Below, one piece after another: positions 53,069 to 64,000 of a stretch of 64,000 nt of DNA. The notes under the pieces are model-generated. The model worked only from the letters and a program-made list of their open reading frames with translations. It was not told the origin of the DNA and ran no database searches. Numbering within the stretch: the first letter of the stretch is position 1; each line of letters starts with the position of its first letter. The translations under genes were made by a program, and so were the position numbers. The DNA comes from Lingula anatina (Eukaryota > Animalia > Brachiopoda), in assembly GCA_051362555.1 (NCBI GenBank), contig CM120643.1:14296644-14360643 (forward strand). The letters are read 5' to 3'.

Positions 53069-53134
<66 letters not shown>

Positions 53135-56100
53135 TTTTAAATAAGATTCACAGTACCTACCTTAGCAGGGGTGGGGCCCACACCCAGTCCCATTGTGTCA
53201 CTGACGGCAAAAGCACTTGCCACCCAGGAAGTAATGGTATCTGGCACCTTGGTCTCAAATGATACTCTCCCATCAGACCTTAGTGAGAGAAATGAATTAC
53301 TGTTACATCGAGATACACTGACGACCATGGTCTAGTCACAATTGTATATAAAAACTACAAATCAACATGATAAATCTGAATTTTAATTTATTGAACTTTA
53401 ATTTAAGATAGATCCTACAATGTGAATTTGATGTTTACTTTTTTTTTGATAGTCATTAAAATTTTACTTTACCACATGAAACTTTTTTCAGTAAGAAAAG
53501 TATCAAAACTTTGCAAATGTTATTATAGCATTTAATTCACATATCACTTGTGCTGTAAAATCATAAATATAAAAACAGAAATCATACCAACAAATATATT
53601 GGATAATATACATGTACATGATGACGTTGGTATTTACAATCTATACCATATCCACAGTGCCTCAACTATCACTAAGGGTGTGTTCCCAATGAGAGACTGT
53701 ACTAGGTAGATCAGTCCAACTCCTTGGGAACTCTTGCTGAATGCAACCAGATTAACTGAATAGCATGCACCTCGAGCAGCACAGGAAAATTTATCACCTG
53801 TTACCTGCTCAAGGCGTGGCAGTCAGTTAATCTGATTACATTCAGTAGTCCTCGCGGAATTGGATCTATCTACCTAGTACGATCATAGTTTCCTTGTGAA
53901 CACACCCTTATACTATGGTGCCTGGGTGTGGATAGATATTAATTTTATTATCTAACGGTAGCTACTCACAAATTTCAAACACCCCATTTATTTCAACTGT
54001 AATAGGTATTCTTTAAATCAATTATTTTAGCCCCTTCATTGAAAAAAAAAATGTTTATTTTATAATACTTTTCAGTCATCTTTTTCAGATATTACTAACA
54101 AATCATTGTTTTGGGGGATTCCTTGTTATTTGATTAATTTTGTTGAAATATAGTGGGTAGTTACCATATAACAGAGAGCATGCTGTTAGTTGAGAATAAC
54201 ACAGTTAGCATCAAGTTATTTACTGAGTATAGAGGAAATCAAAACAAAGAAATACATGCTGACAAAAATGGGGACTCCAATTTAGGCATGTGTGTTGTAT
54301 ATCTGCATGTGTGTGCTGTACCAGTAGAGCTGCACGTGTTGTGTATAAGCATGTGTATGTGCATGTGTATATTTGCAAATGACCTTACACGGATGTTTAA
54401 GGCCTCACAAGTATTATTTTAAAAAACTGACTTGGGATGAGAAAAAAATTGCAAGAAAAACTGAGACAGTTGAAAAATTCGGTGAAGAATTAATGCTCTT
54501 GAAAACATAAGGACCTTCCTATTTGTATTCTGTAGGGAAATAACTTAAGTTAAAACCAAAAGTTCTAAAATAATACAATTTAAAATATTATTTTCTGTGG
54601 CTCTGAAACAAGTGGTTAAAATAAAAATGTCAGTGTCCTCAAGTTCTTTTTTCATTTTTAGAATAATTAAGATCTATTTTTATGTTTAACTTGACAATTT
54701 TGTACAAAAATTGTATAAGGGGGTTTATCACATTTTGTAACTTAAAGAAACACGAATGAGTATTGTGTTACTGTTTAAGTAAGCAAAAGCAATATTAATA
54801 AAACTGAAAAGCAACAGATAAGATTTGCAAACAAGCACTGCATCTTAAACAAAAAAGATAGATAAAAAGTTCAATGAATCATAGAATATAGACAACATGC
54901 AAAATAATGTGAAAAAGAATAAATATCAAGGTTAAAAAGTATATTTATGTTTTTTTTTCAAACTGGAAGGAAAAATCAAATGGAAATTAACATCACAATG
55001 TCCTATACAGTCATATGTATTAGTCAAATTCAGTGCATCTGAAAAAGATGAATCAAAAACTATTGAAAGTTTTTAGTTTATAACAATTACTCCTATTCAA
55101 AAAGTGCTAAAAGAAGGCAATGATAATTAGTTATGATGCAATACATAGATCTGTTGATCCACTTGGTTAAAGACTAAGTCTAATATAGTCTATATAGCTA
55201 TTAACTGTTTCTAATCTATGTTCTTGGCTGCTGGGGCAATGATGAATGGAGATGCCTATGTAACCAGTTTAAACAGACTGTTTTTAGTAACTTGAGGACA
55301 TTCATTTTCCACATATAGCATCTTCAGCAGCTTCATGCCCATAATCGACCACAAACAATCAACAGCCATGCATAAAAATACCATGCTTTGTCTAACCTAG
55401 CAGGAATTTACCCAGAAAAAGAATCTCTCCAAAGCCAAGTTTCTGGAAAACTCTTTCTAACTGTTTCAACAGGCTCCAGAGTTTTAGTAATACTTGTGTC
55501 ATCAACTGGATGAAAGGTCTTTTCAGAATCTGTTGCCGCAAAATCGTAGTCCATTTCATCATAATACATGTATTCGAAGGCTAAAAACAAATCAGCCATA
55601 GCTAAATGTATGCTTGAAAGTCCCTAGAAACAGCATGGTCCAAGACTGGCAAGCCAGAACTTAAGAAATATTGAAACAACAAGCACATATTCATTTTTTT
55701 CTAGATTTTTCTGGAATATGTGGTAATCAGGTATGACCAATCTAACCTGCCAAATGTCAACAGATAAAAGAGAAAGGCAAAAAGACAAAAATCTAAGGGC
55801 ATCAGGGGTAGCTTTCAACATGCTATGAAAAATGCTACTAACATTTTTAAAAAACTGTTTGGGACCATATGCACTGACATATACTACAGGATAGGCCACG
55901 TAAACTATAACCAGTTCTAAATGACATAAAAACCACTTTGAGCATCAAAGTTGGACTAAATACCAATTCCCTTGCTGAATTATCAGATTAAACATAGTGC
56001 ATCAATAATTCACTGACTACAGAAGCGCACAATTATGATATTCCCTTCATATAAAAGTTTTTTCTCATATTCCCATTCTATTTTCTAATAACCTACATGT

Positions 56101-59100
56101 AACATTCACAAAGACAAAATTTTCACTAAATTTTCCAAAGAGACTAAAAAGGAAACTGGTAGCAAACCCTAAAGGAAAATCAATGGTTGATTATTTTAAA
56201 GACAAATCTATGATGACATGTTACAACATCCCTATTTGTAATTAAATAAAAGACAGGGTGCAATTGAAAGCTGTGTAGGAGAATCTAACATTATAAAAGA
56301 ATGTAAATAAATTTAAGTGCACCCCTTCTTGGTTAAAATGTCTGAGCAAACCTAATATGGTAAATACTTGAAAATTTCGTCTCTTAAAAATTAACATTTT
56401 AGAATGTGTGAAGCTGACATAAGGTGACAAACTTTTCAAAGCATCAAGAGGGCCATTATCATTTTTGACAAAATTTTCAAAATGAAAAAAATTAGGTCAG
56501 TGGAGAATCATCTCCCAACAAAATTTCAAGACCGACTAAATTTTCAAGTTTTTACAGTACCAGTTTAACCATCACCACACTCCACAGTAGCCTGTTGTGT
56601 ATGAAGTTCTACATCTGAAGTGCTCCAAAGAAATCAATATACTGTCTGGGACCATTCTAGCATATCATTACATTCTGAATTTTCACCAAAGAGCTTAATT
56701 TTTAATTTGGCAATAAAACAATGTCACTGACATATATTTACTGAAAATAACTTAATAAGTATTTAATTTAAAAGATCACTATTTTCTGACGTATTTGGTG
56801 AAAATCCCATATGCCAGCATGATCCTGGACTGTAGTGATGAAGGTGACGAATACCCTGCCATCATCTCACTCCACAGCCAGGACTCGGGGAATGCTTTAC
56901 GGACGGTTGTTACGGCAGCTAAACGGCCAGATTCAGAAGAATCTTCAGCAGGGGCCAAAGCTCCATCCATTATACCACCGCCAATCCCTGCTATAGGCCG
57001 TTGCTCTAAGACTGGATAAGACAGAAATCATCACATTATGTTTTATGAACAAAACACATTGGTTTTATCCTGTTCGTTAACCTGGAGATCTCATCGGAAT
57101 GTTGACGTGCTGCTTTGATCCCCTTGGTTCACTCTTGCCCTTTTAACACCGTGTATCAAAATTATATATCAAAATAAAATGAAAGATACCAATAGGAGCT
57201 TTTGAGCAAATACAGGTGAAACTACAATGCAAAAATTTAAAATTAATAGCAAAACCAAATAGAAAATAATGCAATCATAAAAAGTGAACTGACTGGACAA
57301 ATGTCTTTTCAAAAGAGAAAAAAAAGCTACTGCTATACTGCGTCAAGGCATGTTGAGTTGCAATTTCTGTTGCCCTTTAGCCATTATGAACTGGAACAAA
57401 AAACTTCAACAAGGCTAAAAATGTACACATCTTGTATATAACTCGCCAATCTAGAGAAACATGCAGATCATTATCACAATACACACCCTACACAACCTTG
57501 GGAATCATAACAAACATGCTTATTAGAAATTTGCCTAATTTATTAGCTGTAATGCATGCAAAACACATCCACATCATTTTTTGTTCAAGATCTTAAAACC
57601 AATAAAAGAGACCCTCCACACGGCACTGTTCCCCACCATCCCTATGTCTATCCTCCTTAGTGTAAAAAAAAATCTATTCTACAGCAAAAACTTTAACATG
57701 TCACAATGTATGTGAAATATGTTATATGTTACTGTATCACAATTCCCCAATTACTTGTTAGTAAAAAGTCAACTATATAATGTATGTCTTCATCGAGTAC
57801 CCTGTAACTGCAGTGCTCCACAGCCAGGTTTCGGGGAAAAATTTGCGGACAGTGGTAACGGCAGTGAGTTCAGATGTGGCGCTCTTTCTCAGGACGGGAC
57901 TTGGTGCCACATTTTGCCGTAATACTCCCCCAAAGGCATCAGCTACATCCATTGGCTGGGCAAATGCAAAAACCGGCCCTAATGATTGAAAGAGAACAAG
58001 CCACTATGAACTGCTTATATCTGTATACAGACTGTAAATTAGTATGCTGGACAGGTGCATCTTGTAGCTTATGCACTTTTCTAGGCCTTTTCCCATGGAC
58101 GTAACTTGATTTAAGTCTCTTAATATATGCCCCCCTCTCTCTCTCTCTCTCTCACTCACACACACATACACACACCATTTTTTTAATTTAACATATATCA
58201 CATAACAATGCATTAATATATATATCTCTGGCAAACACAATACACACAGGTAACAGCGATTAAAATACCAATAAGCAATCCTCGATATAGCAATATACCC
58301 AAAAGTAGCAATATTAAGCAACACTCATTGGTATATTTTATACATTTAATGTACTGACACACCATATATAGTATTTGCACCTTATGCATAAAAATAAAGG
58401 TTATTGTAGTTATATCTGCTTTATAAATACATGAGCAATATACAAATAAATAAATACATGTAAATATAGATCAATGCACAAAAGCAGGCAAAAACAAGAC
58501 TAGTACCCTACTACGCTAGATTTCCAGAGCCAAGTTTCTGGAAACTTCCTGCGAACTTGACCTACAGATTGCAACGGCAATGTTACGAGAGTGTTTTCTG
58601 CTTCCATGTAATAAATTCCTAGGAAAAAAAAAGAGGCCAGCAATTGGTGATTGATGCAATATATCACATTAATGTTAATCAGATCGGTGGGAAGAATTGT
58701 GTGGGCATGTTTCCAAGGGCTATCATCGGATCCAGAAGAATCCATACATTTAACACATTCTTCCCTGGTATCTAGTTGGTGTAAACAGGTACGTGGAGCA
58801 TAGACAGATCAAAACCTAGGATAAATTACATACGGTAAAGTCTTGAAAATTTCGTCGCTTAAAAATTAATTAATATTTTTAATTGTGTAAATCCGACTAA
58901 TTTTTCAAAATTACCTCTCCCCGACTCCTGGGTATGACGAAATTTTCAAAAATCCGGCCTTTGGGCTTTTATCCTTAGCGACTGTTATCTTTGACGCTCC
59001 TGTATTGTGGGATATTTATTACTACTTCCTAAGTCATTTTCTGGTGGTAAATAATAATCTATTTATTAGTGCATCTCGATTAAGTTATACTTAACTTACT

Positions 59101-59623
59101 GTAGGCTACCCGAAAACATGTTGAGAATTATCTTCTCGGTAAGAAACATACCTCCTGATAGAGGAGAAGGATCAAGATAAGCCTAATTGCAACCTTGCAT
59201 CATAACCTGGACGCGACATGTTAAAAAAAATTACGCACTTGGGAACGTTTGTTGCATGCAGGACTTTTTCCAGGATTGAGTGTCAGGCCTTCTAAAATTA
59301 CCATCTGTAACTTCCTAAAAATTTACAGGGAGTTAAAATAATGATCTCCCGTTGACGATTTTCCGCAATTTAAGTTCCTTGAACTAATATGAAAACTGCA
59401 TTTTATTATTGCTTACATCGCGAACAATCTCCCGATGAAGATGTGAAAATTGCCTTTTCGTCTAGCAAGGATCGCGAACGATCTCCCTCTGATATGATCT
59501 TACGCGAACAAAGTCCTGAGAATATTCTCCGCCGAAGATATACCGTGAGCGGGGGAAGGGGGGGGGGCGGATTAAAGATCAAATGAAAATGAATATTTTT
59601 TTAAAAATCCAAAGAGTGTGTGT

Positions 59624-59654
<31 letters not shown>

Positions 59655-62600
59655 GGGGGAGGGGGGGGGGGGGGGTTAAATAATCTCCCGCTGACGATCT
59701 TCCGCGAACGAAGTTCCCTAAATCCCTTGAACTAATATGAAAATTGCATTTCATTCTTGCTTACATCCCGAACGATCTCCCGATGATGATATGAAAATTG
59801 CCTTTTCGTCTCGCTCGGATCGCGAACGATCTCCCTCTGACGATCTTACGCAAACAAAGTCTTGACGATATTACGCGAACGATTCTCCGCTGAAGATATG
59901 CCGTGAGCGGGGGAAGGGGGGTTAATGATAAAATGAAAAATATATATTATTTATAAAATTCAAAGGGGGAGGGAGGGTTAAAATAATGATCTCCTGCTGA
60001 CGATCTTCCACAAACGAGGTTCCCTTGAACTAATATGAAAAGTGCATTTTATTCTCGCTTACATCGCGAACGATCTGCCGCTGAAGATATGAAGATTGCC
60101 TTTTCGTCTCTCTCAAATCGCAAACGATCTCCCGCTGATGATCTTACGCGAACGGAGTCCGCTACAAATATGAAAATTATCTTCTCGTTTTGTTTGGATC
60201 GCGAACGATCTGTTGACGATATTACGCGAACGATTCTCCGCTGAAGATATGAATATTGCCATCTCGTCCCATTCGCATTGCGAACGATCTCCATGTACAA
60301 GCCAGGTAATCGTTAAATGGTCCTAAATTGAACATGGACATGAATAGAAGTGACGGATACATTTCACTTCGAGATAATATCTTGATTTTTTCATTGTGTC
60401 TTCCTCATTTAGGACAGCCGCCGATAACAATAACGGCGTTACAAATGACAAAGCCGCGGCCTGTGACTTCTATTTACCGGCTTGATAACGCACCTTAAGC
60501 CAGGTAATAGTAATGAAACTAAAGACAAAAGGCCGACGTTCCCGCAACTGAGAACGGGAATTCACATCTAAACCATCTATATTGTGAGTAACCGCTCGCA
60601 GGGGCGCACTTTTGTTCCTATCTCCCATTGAGAGTGTTATCAGCAATGATATCCTGATCGTATCATTGTCTTGAATCAACTGACGCATTACCTTCATGTT
60701 TGAGCTGGACAACGCGGCCATGTTTGGTGACGAACTTTTCAAAAATTATCGAGTACCTCATTTTCAAGGTCGACGAAGTTTTCAAAGGGAAAAAAATTAC
60801 GTCGGCGGAAAATCGTCTGCCGACGAAATTTTCAAGAACGACGAAATTTTCAAGACTTTACCGTAGTTTTATTTGCAATATATTCTGGGATAATTAAGGG
60901 AGATGCTAATTGATAGTAATAATAATGATGATCATCTGTCCATTTAAATCCTGTTGGTAAATAATAATGGGGAAGGGCAAATATGAACTTTTTTTCACAA
61001 CGCTTAAATACGCTGTTTAACTAGATGTTTCTGACCATTAAAACAAATTCTTCACAATTTTAACTTTAGATTAGGTTTGGGGTCAATTTAGCTCAAAAGC
61101 TCTAAAGTTCAAAGTAGTCACCAAAATTCCATCCTTAAAAATTCTATAATCCAAGTAACCAAGTATAAGCATTAAAATCACAAGCAGATATTTCTTTTTC
61201 TGAATTTTCAAGATGAGAGTAATTTCAGCTATCAAACACAAGAAGAGGACTACTACAGTGTATTGCACATATGGAAATTTTCTTTCACGACCCCTGACCT
61301 TACTGACCTATGACCTCACTGACCTATGACCTCTGTTGAGGTCAAGCATCTTGACATTGTGTTCTGCACTCAATGCACTGAGCCAGAAAACAACTAGTCC
61401 TGGAAAAAGTATTGTTATATGCCCTACTCCACTAATAATTATATCCAAAGCTGGGAAGGTTTGGCTCTTAGGGAATATTGGCATACTGTATCATACCAGC
61501 AGGATCCATCTTTTTCTGAGGGGTTTCTTAAGTTTAAGCATGAACGAAAGTGAACCCCCCCCAGTAGCTTTAGTGAGTGTGACAGACATTTAGGCTGCTT
61601 AAGCTGAATGCAATTTAGTGAGAATCCCCTTGGCATTAGATTGTTCCTGCTAACACAATAGGTTTATGGGAACCCAGTCTTAAACATGTACAACTGGCCA
61701 GGGTAAAGTAAACATAAATGGGGAGATGTGGCCAACTATTACCCAACTTTGTCTGTAGTCCAGAGCCAAGTTTCTGGAAAACTTTGACGTATTTTTTCTG
61801 GCTCTTTCAAAATACTCTTCTTTCCAAAATTATGTTCAGCTCCAGTTATCTGTACTCCATGAACAATACCTTTTCCTACCATGAAAATTGTTTTTTATGT
61901 CAATAAAATTGATATTTATCTACATAGCGTCTGGTAAGATATTTTTTAAAAAGTAGTTTGATGAAATAAAATTAGTTAGTAATGCATGATGCTTTATTTA
62001 TGTGAAATAAATTTCTGAAAAAAAGGAAACAAGTGAATTAATCAAATTCATGCTATAACACAGAAAAGATGAATAAATCAAATTAAGAAATTGAGTCAGA
62101 AGCTGATTCAACTTATAACCCGTTCATGGTTTGTGACATACTGTGGTAAAAGATAAAAACCTTCCAGCCATATTTTGTTCATAATCTGTTGGGTCATGCC
62201 AACTCATAAATATTTTGGTAAATTTTTGTTTCCACGTCATTTGGGGTTTGTAAAAAAGTAGGAAAAAGCTTTACAAATATGGGTATGGGGTTACTCAAGG
62301 CAGAAAACTGCTAAGAAAAAAATTAGATTTCTGATTAAAATAAACTCCCACGATTTTAGTTCTAAGCAGTCATTTCATGAGTGGAAATGTTAAGTTAAAG
62401 GCAATTTGTTATCAGATTGTCATTGAAAGTCAGGAAAATAGGTGAAAAAAATAAAATGAAATAATTTCTTGAAGGTGTCACTTTCTTGTGTTATTCTTTT
62501 AAAATGCTACACAGTTACATGTAAAGGCCTACAAGTTTATGGGTGACACACACTGCCACACATGAAAAAAAATCTACAAACAACAAATAAAAATAATAAA

Positions 62601-62956
62601 TTTAAAAAAATGAAAAAAAAAAAGACATTGAAAAAAACACTGAAAGAAAAACACTAACTACTTTAACACAAATTTTGATGAAAAAACAAGGAAAAAAATC
62701 AGTTTCACATTTAGAAGTGGTTGGGGCTGAAATGGTCTGAGCATGGCAAAAAGACACAAGCAGCACAAGTACCCAGCAATTTTGTCAATCCAAAGCCAAG
62801 TTTCTGGAAATTCCTTTCTCACTTCCTCTACAGTCTGGAGGCTGTTGCTGCTTCTGGATTGGTCTGCTTCAGCAACGTTGTCTGCAACTGGCAGCAGAGC
62901 TGCCATTTCAAAAACATTGTCGCCACCATCAGCTCTACGCAACCAGTTGTCTGTCA
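37690..62956 (-). CDS. CD109: CD109-like thioester-containing protein (alpha-2-macroglobulin/TEP family) with predicted GPI anchor; 5' part lies beyond the window end
   Basis: Constitutive exons, 5' to 3': 53161-53278, 52506-52619, 51759-51869, 51232-51360, 50652-50796, 49944-50120 (PTGCGEQNM), 49571-49652 ([19 protein letters not shown]), 46508-46676 (WLTAFV...VIHKDMQ), 46027-46101, 45538-45712, 44766-44974 (GGFRSTQ), 44129-44284 (DTVMGLTAL), 43459-43521, 42455-42627, 41049-41196, 40502-40604, 37690-37874 ([10 protein letters not shown] plus hydrophobic tail). All phases are compatible. One of at least six cassette exons precedes them. The symbol denotes subfamily resemblance, not proven orthology. 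Confidence 0.93.
37996..38622. mobile_element. Non-autonomous element with perfect 54-bp inverted repeats and an extra terminal hairpin
   Basis: 37996-38049 is the reverse complement of 38557-38610, and 38605-38622 folds back on 38558-38575. Confidence 0.75.
40630..40895. repeat. Diverged tandem repeat, two units of about 145 bp, intronic
   Basis: aaggtcatgttatt...ggacagaagg...ttgtctataaaaac occurs twice. Confidence 0.8.
43135..43299. mobile_element. MITE of the CAGGCC(C/T)GTAGC family, 5-bp TSD (aaaag)
   Basis: aaaag|caggcctgtagc ... gctacgggtctg|aaaag. Confidence 0.8.
44558..44754. mobile_element. MITE CCCTTAGCAAAA...TTTTGCTAAGGG with internal TTGCAGCA repeats
   Basis: 12-bp TIR. An internally shorter copy lies at 63421-63491. 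Confidence 0.8.
47426..47755. repeat. Tandem duplication, two units of about 190 bp, intronic
   Basis: ttcaatatgggctctc...aacactgctctgaagtatat occurs twice. Confidence 0.8.
50050..50064 (-). other. Thioester motif GCGEQ
   Basis: GGC TGC GGG GAG CAG on the minus strand, within [10 protein letters not shown]. Confidence 0.97.
53074..53131. repeat. (TA)n microsatellite
   Basis: Direct reading. Confidence 0.95.
55412..55580 (-). CDS. TEP bait-region cassette exon A (169 nt)
   Basis: ttttag|CC..GG|gtaaat; [57 protein letters not shown]. Confidence 0.9.
56358..56557. mobile_element. 200-bp MITE, TA TSD, short relative of the 58833-60863 element
   Basis: ta|tggtaaatacttgaaaatttcgtc ... gactaaattttcaagtttttacag|ta. 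Confidence 0.75.
56855..57011 (-). CDS. TEP bait-region cassette exon B (157 nt)
   Basis: atccag|TC..GG|gtattc; [53 protein letters not shown]. A second in-phase acceptor is possible 6 nt further in. Confidence 0.88.
57801..57978 (-). CDS. TEP bait-region cassette exon C (178 nt; not in the ORF track)
   Basis: cattag|GG..GG|gtactc; [60 protein letters not shown]. Confidence 0.9.
58507..58618 (-). CDS. TEP bait-region cassette exon D (112 nt)
   Basis: tcctag|GA..GG|gtacta; [38 protein letters not shown]. Confidence 0.88.
58833..60863. mobile_element. About 2-kb non-autonomous TA-TSD (Tc1/mariner-type) DNA transposon with internal tandem repeats
   Basis: ta|cggtaaagtcttgaaaatttcgtcg ... cgacgaaattttcaagactttaccg|ta (perfect 25-bp TIR). 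Internal repeats of about 340 bp are built on cgcgaacgatctcc (59330-60290). No transposase ORF was seen. Confidence 0.85.
61743..61875 (-). CDS. TEP bait-region cassette exon E (133 nt; not in the ORF track)
   Basis: tggtag|GA..GG|gtaata; [45 protein letters not shown]. Confidence 0.88.
62773..62956 (-). CDS. TEP bait-region cassette exon F (184 nt)
   Basis: atgtag|TG..GG|gtactt; [62 protein letters not shown]. Confidence 0.9.
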
Positions 62957-64000
62957 CTACATAACACAATGAAAAATCTTGTTTGACAGATAAACTCATG
63001 AAAGGAATTAACTGTAACACAAACAAGATGGCACTTTTTGTTAGTTTTGAAATAAAGTTATCCATGGTTGAAAATGAGGTAATTCTATCAAAAATGCAAA
63101 CAATAACAATCATTACAATAAAATCAAAACATGATTAATAATCTGAGACAACTTTAACATTAATTGTTATCCCTGCAGCTTTTCAATAGGTTTTGAGTCT
63201 AATAATTCCTTGTTGTTCATGAAACTTAAAAATTCATAACACATATTATGACATCTAGCCAGTATGGCCACAATGCTTGCCAATGCGCTAAGATGACAGA
63301 AGGCTCAATAACATAAAAAGAAACAAATAAAGGTGCCTCCTCCTTCAATCAGTCACTTTCATGTGAGCAGTGACAAAGGTGGACAACTGTAACAGTCAAA
63401 TGCCTGTAGCCACCTAACTTCCCTTGGCAAAATGAAACATTTGCAGCAATATTGCAGCAAATTGGCAGCAGACCTGATATTTTGCTAAGGGTAACCAACA
63501 GACAGATAATACACATAAGACTTGGTGTAAATCTCATCTTCAGAGTTGCATACTTATTTTAAAAAACAACTTAAATTACTTATTCATTTCATATTCAAAG
63601 ATTATAACCAGTATGTCTGTATCATATAAGTTTTAAGTTTCCAAGACTACATAAAAAGTAAAATTTAATTTAAAACTAGAGGATCAGAGAGGCGATACCG
63701 CCTCCGAATATTGTACCACCAGCTGGAGCAAGCGCATTCGTACAGACCCCCACATACACAAAATAAGGGACACAGCCACCAGTCTTGTGCTTGACAAGCT
63801 GTAAAAATGCAATCAACAAGAATTTTCAAAATATGCAAAAAATATATATAACTAAAAATGGTACAATCAAATTAAAGTTCATCGTAAGGTAGGTCAAAGT
63901 TCAATTTCAAGGTCACAGTAAGATTGCCAGTATATGTCTTCCTATTCAAGTTCAATAGTAACTATGGACTTTTCTCTGCCAGTTTTGGATATAAAAGAGA

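Noticed and set aside
58680-58770. Extension of the cassette D ORF ([13 protein letters not shown]...) or a seventh cassette
   Set aside because: No FPETWLW end, the phase-1 reading hits a stop, and a strong polypyrimidine acceptor defines cassette D at 58618.
59330-60290. Regularly recurring cgcgaacgatctcc motif resembling a CRISPR array, with short ORFs
   Set aside because: The intervening sequences are themselves repeated, the context is eukaryotic, there are no cas genes, and the block lies inside a TIR transposon.

Overview
AT-rich, intron-rich animal genomic DNA. It is most likely an invertebrate lophotrochozoan such as a mollusc, but that is inference. Almost all ORFs in the supplied track are spurious or are exon fragments, so genes were rebuilt by hand from GT-AG boundaries and reading phase. 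(1) A tandem pair of minus-strand type II membrane BRICHOS-domain genes (partial copy 71-1310; complete copy 4417-7733). The complete copy ends in a furin site (RQRR) and a 28-aa beta-hairpin-like peptide. (2) A complete 7-exon CRAL-TRIO (alpha-tocopherol transfer protein/clavesin-like) gene, minus strand, 14204-18821. (3) A 3-exon plus-strand gene for a 129-aa secreted protein with two 8-cysteine modules (29889-33196). (4) The 3' part of a CD109-like thioester-containing protein (TEP) gene, minus strand, 37690 to beyond the window end, with intact GCGEQ, a catalytic His and a GPI-type tail. Its bait/hypervariable region is encoded by at least six paralogous cassette exons (55412-62956). All six end in R-x-x-FPE(T/S)WLW and all run from phase 1 to phase 2, so neither skipping all nor joining two keeps the reading frame. 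This array is the most notable feature. Introns and intergenic DNA carry many MITEs (5-bp, TA and TTAA target duplications), two Penelope-type minimal hammerhead motifs and microsatellites.
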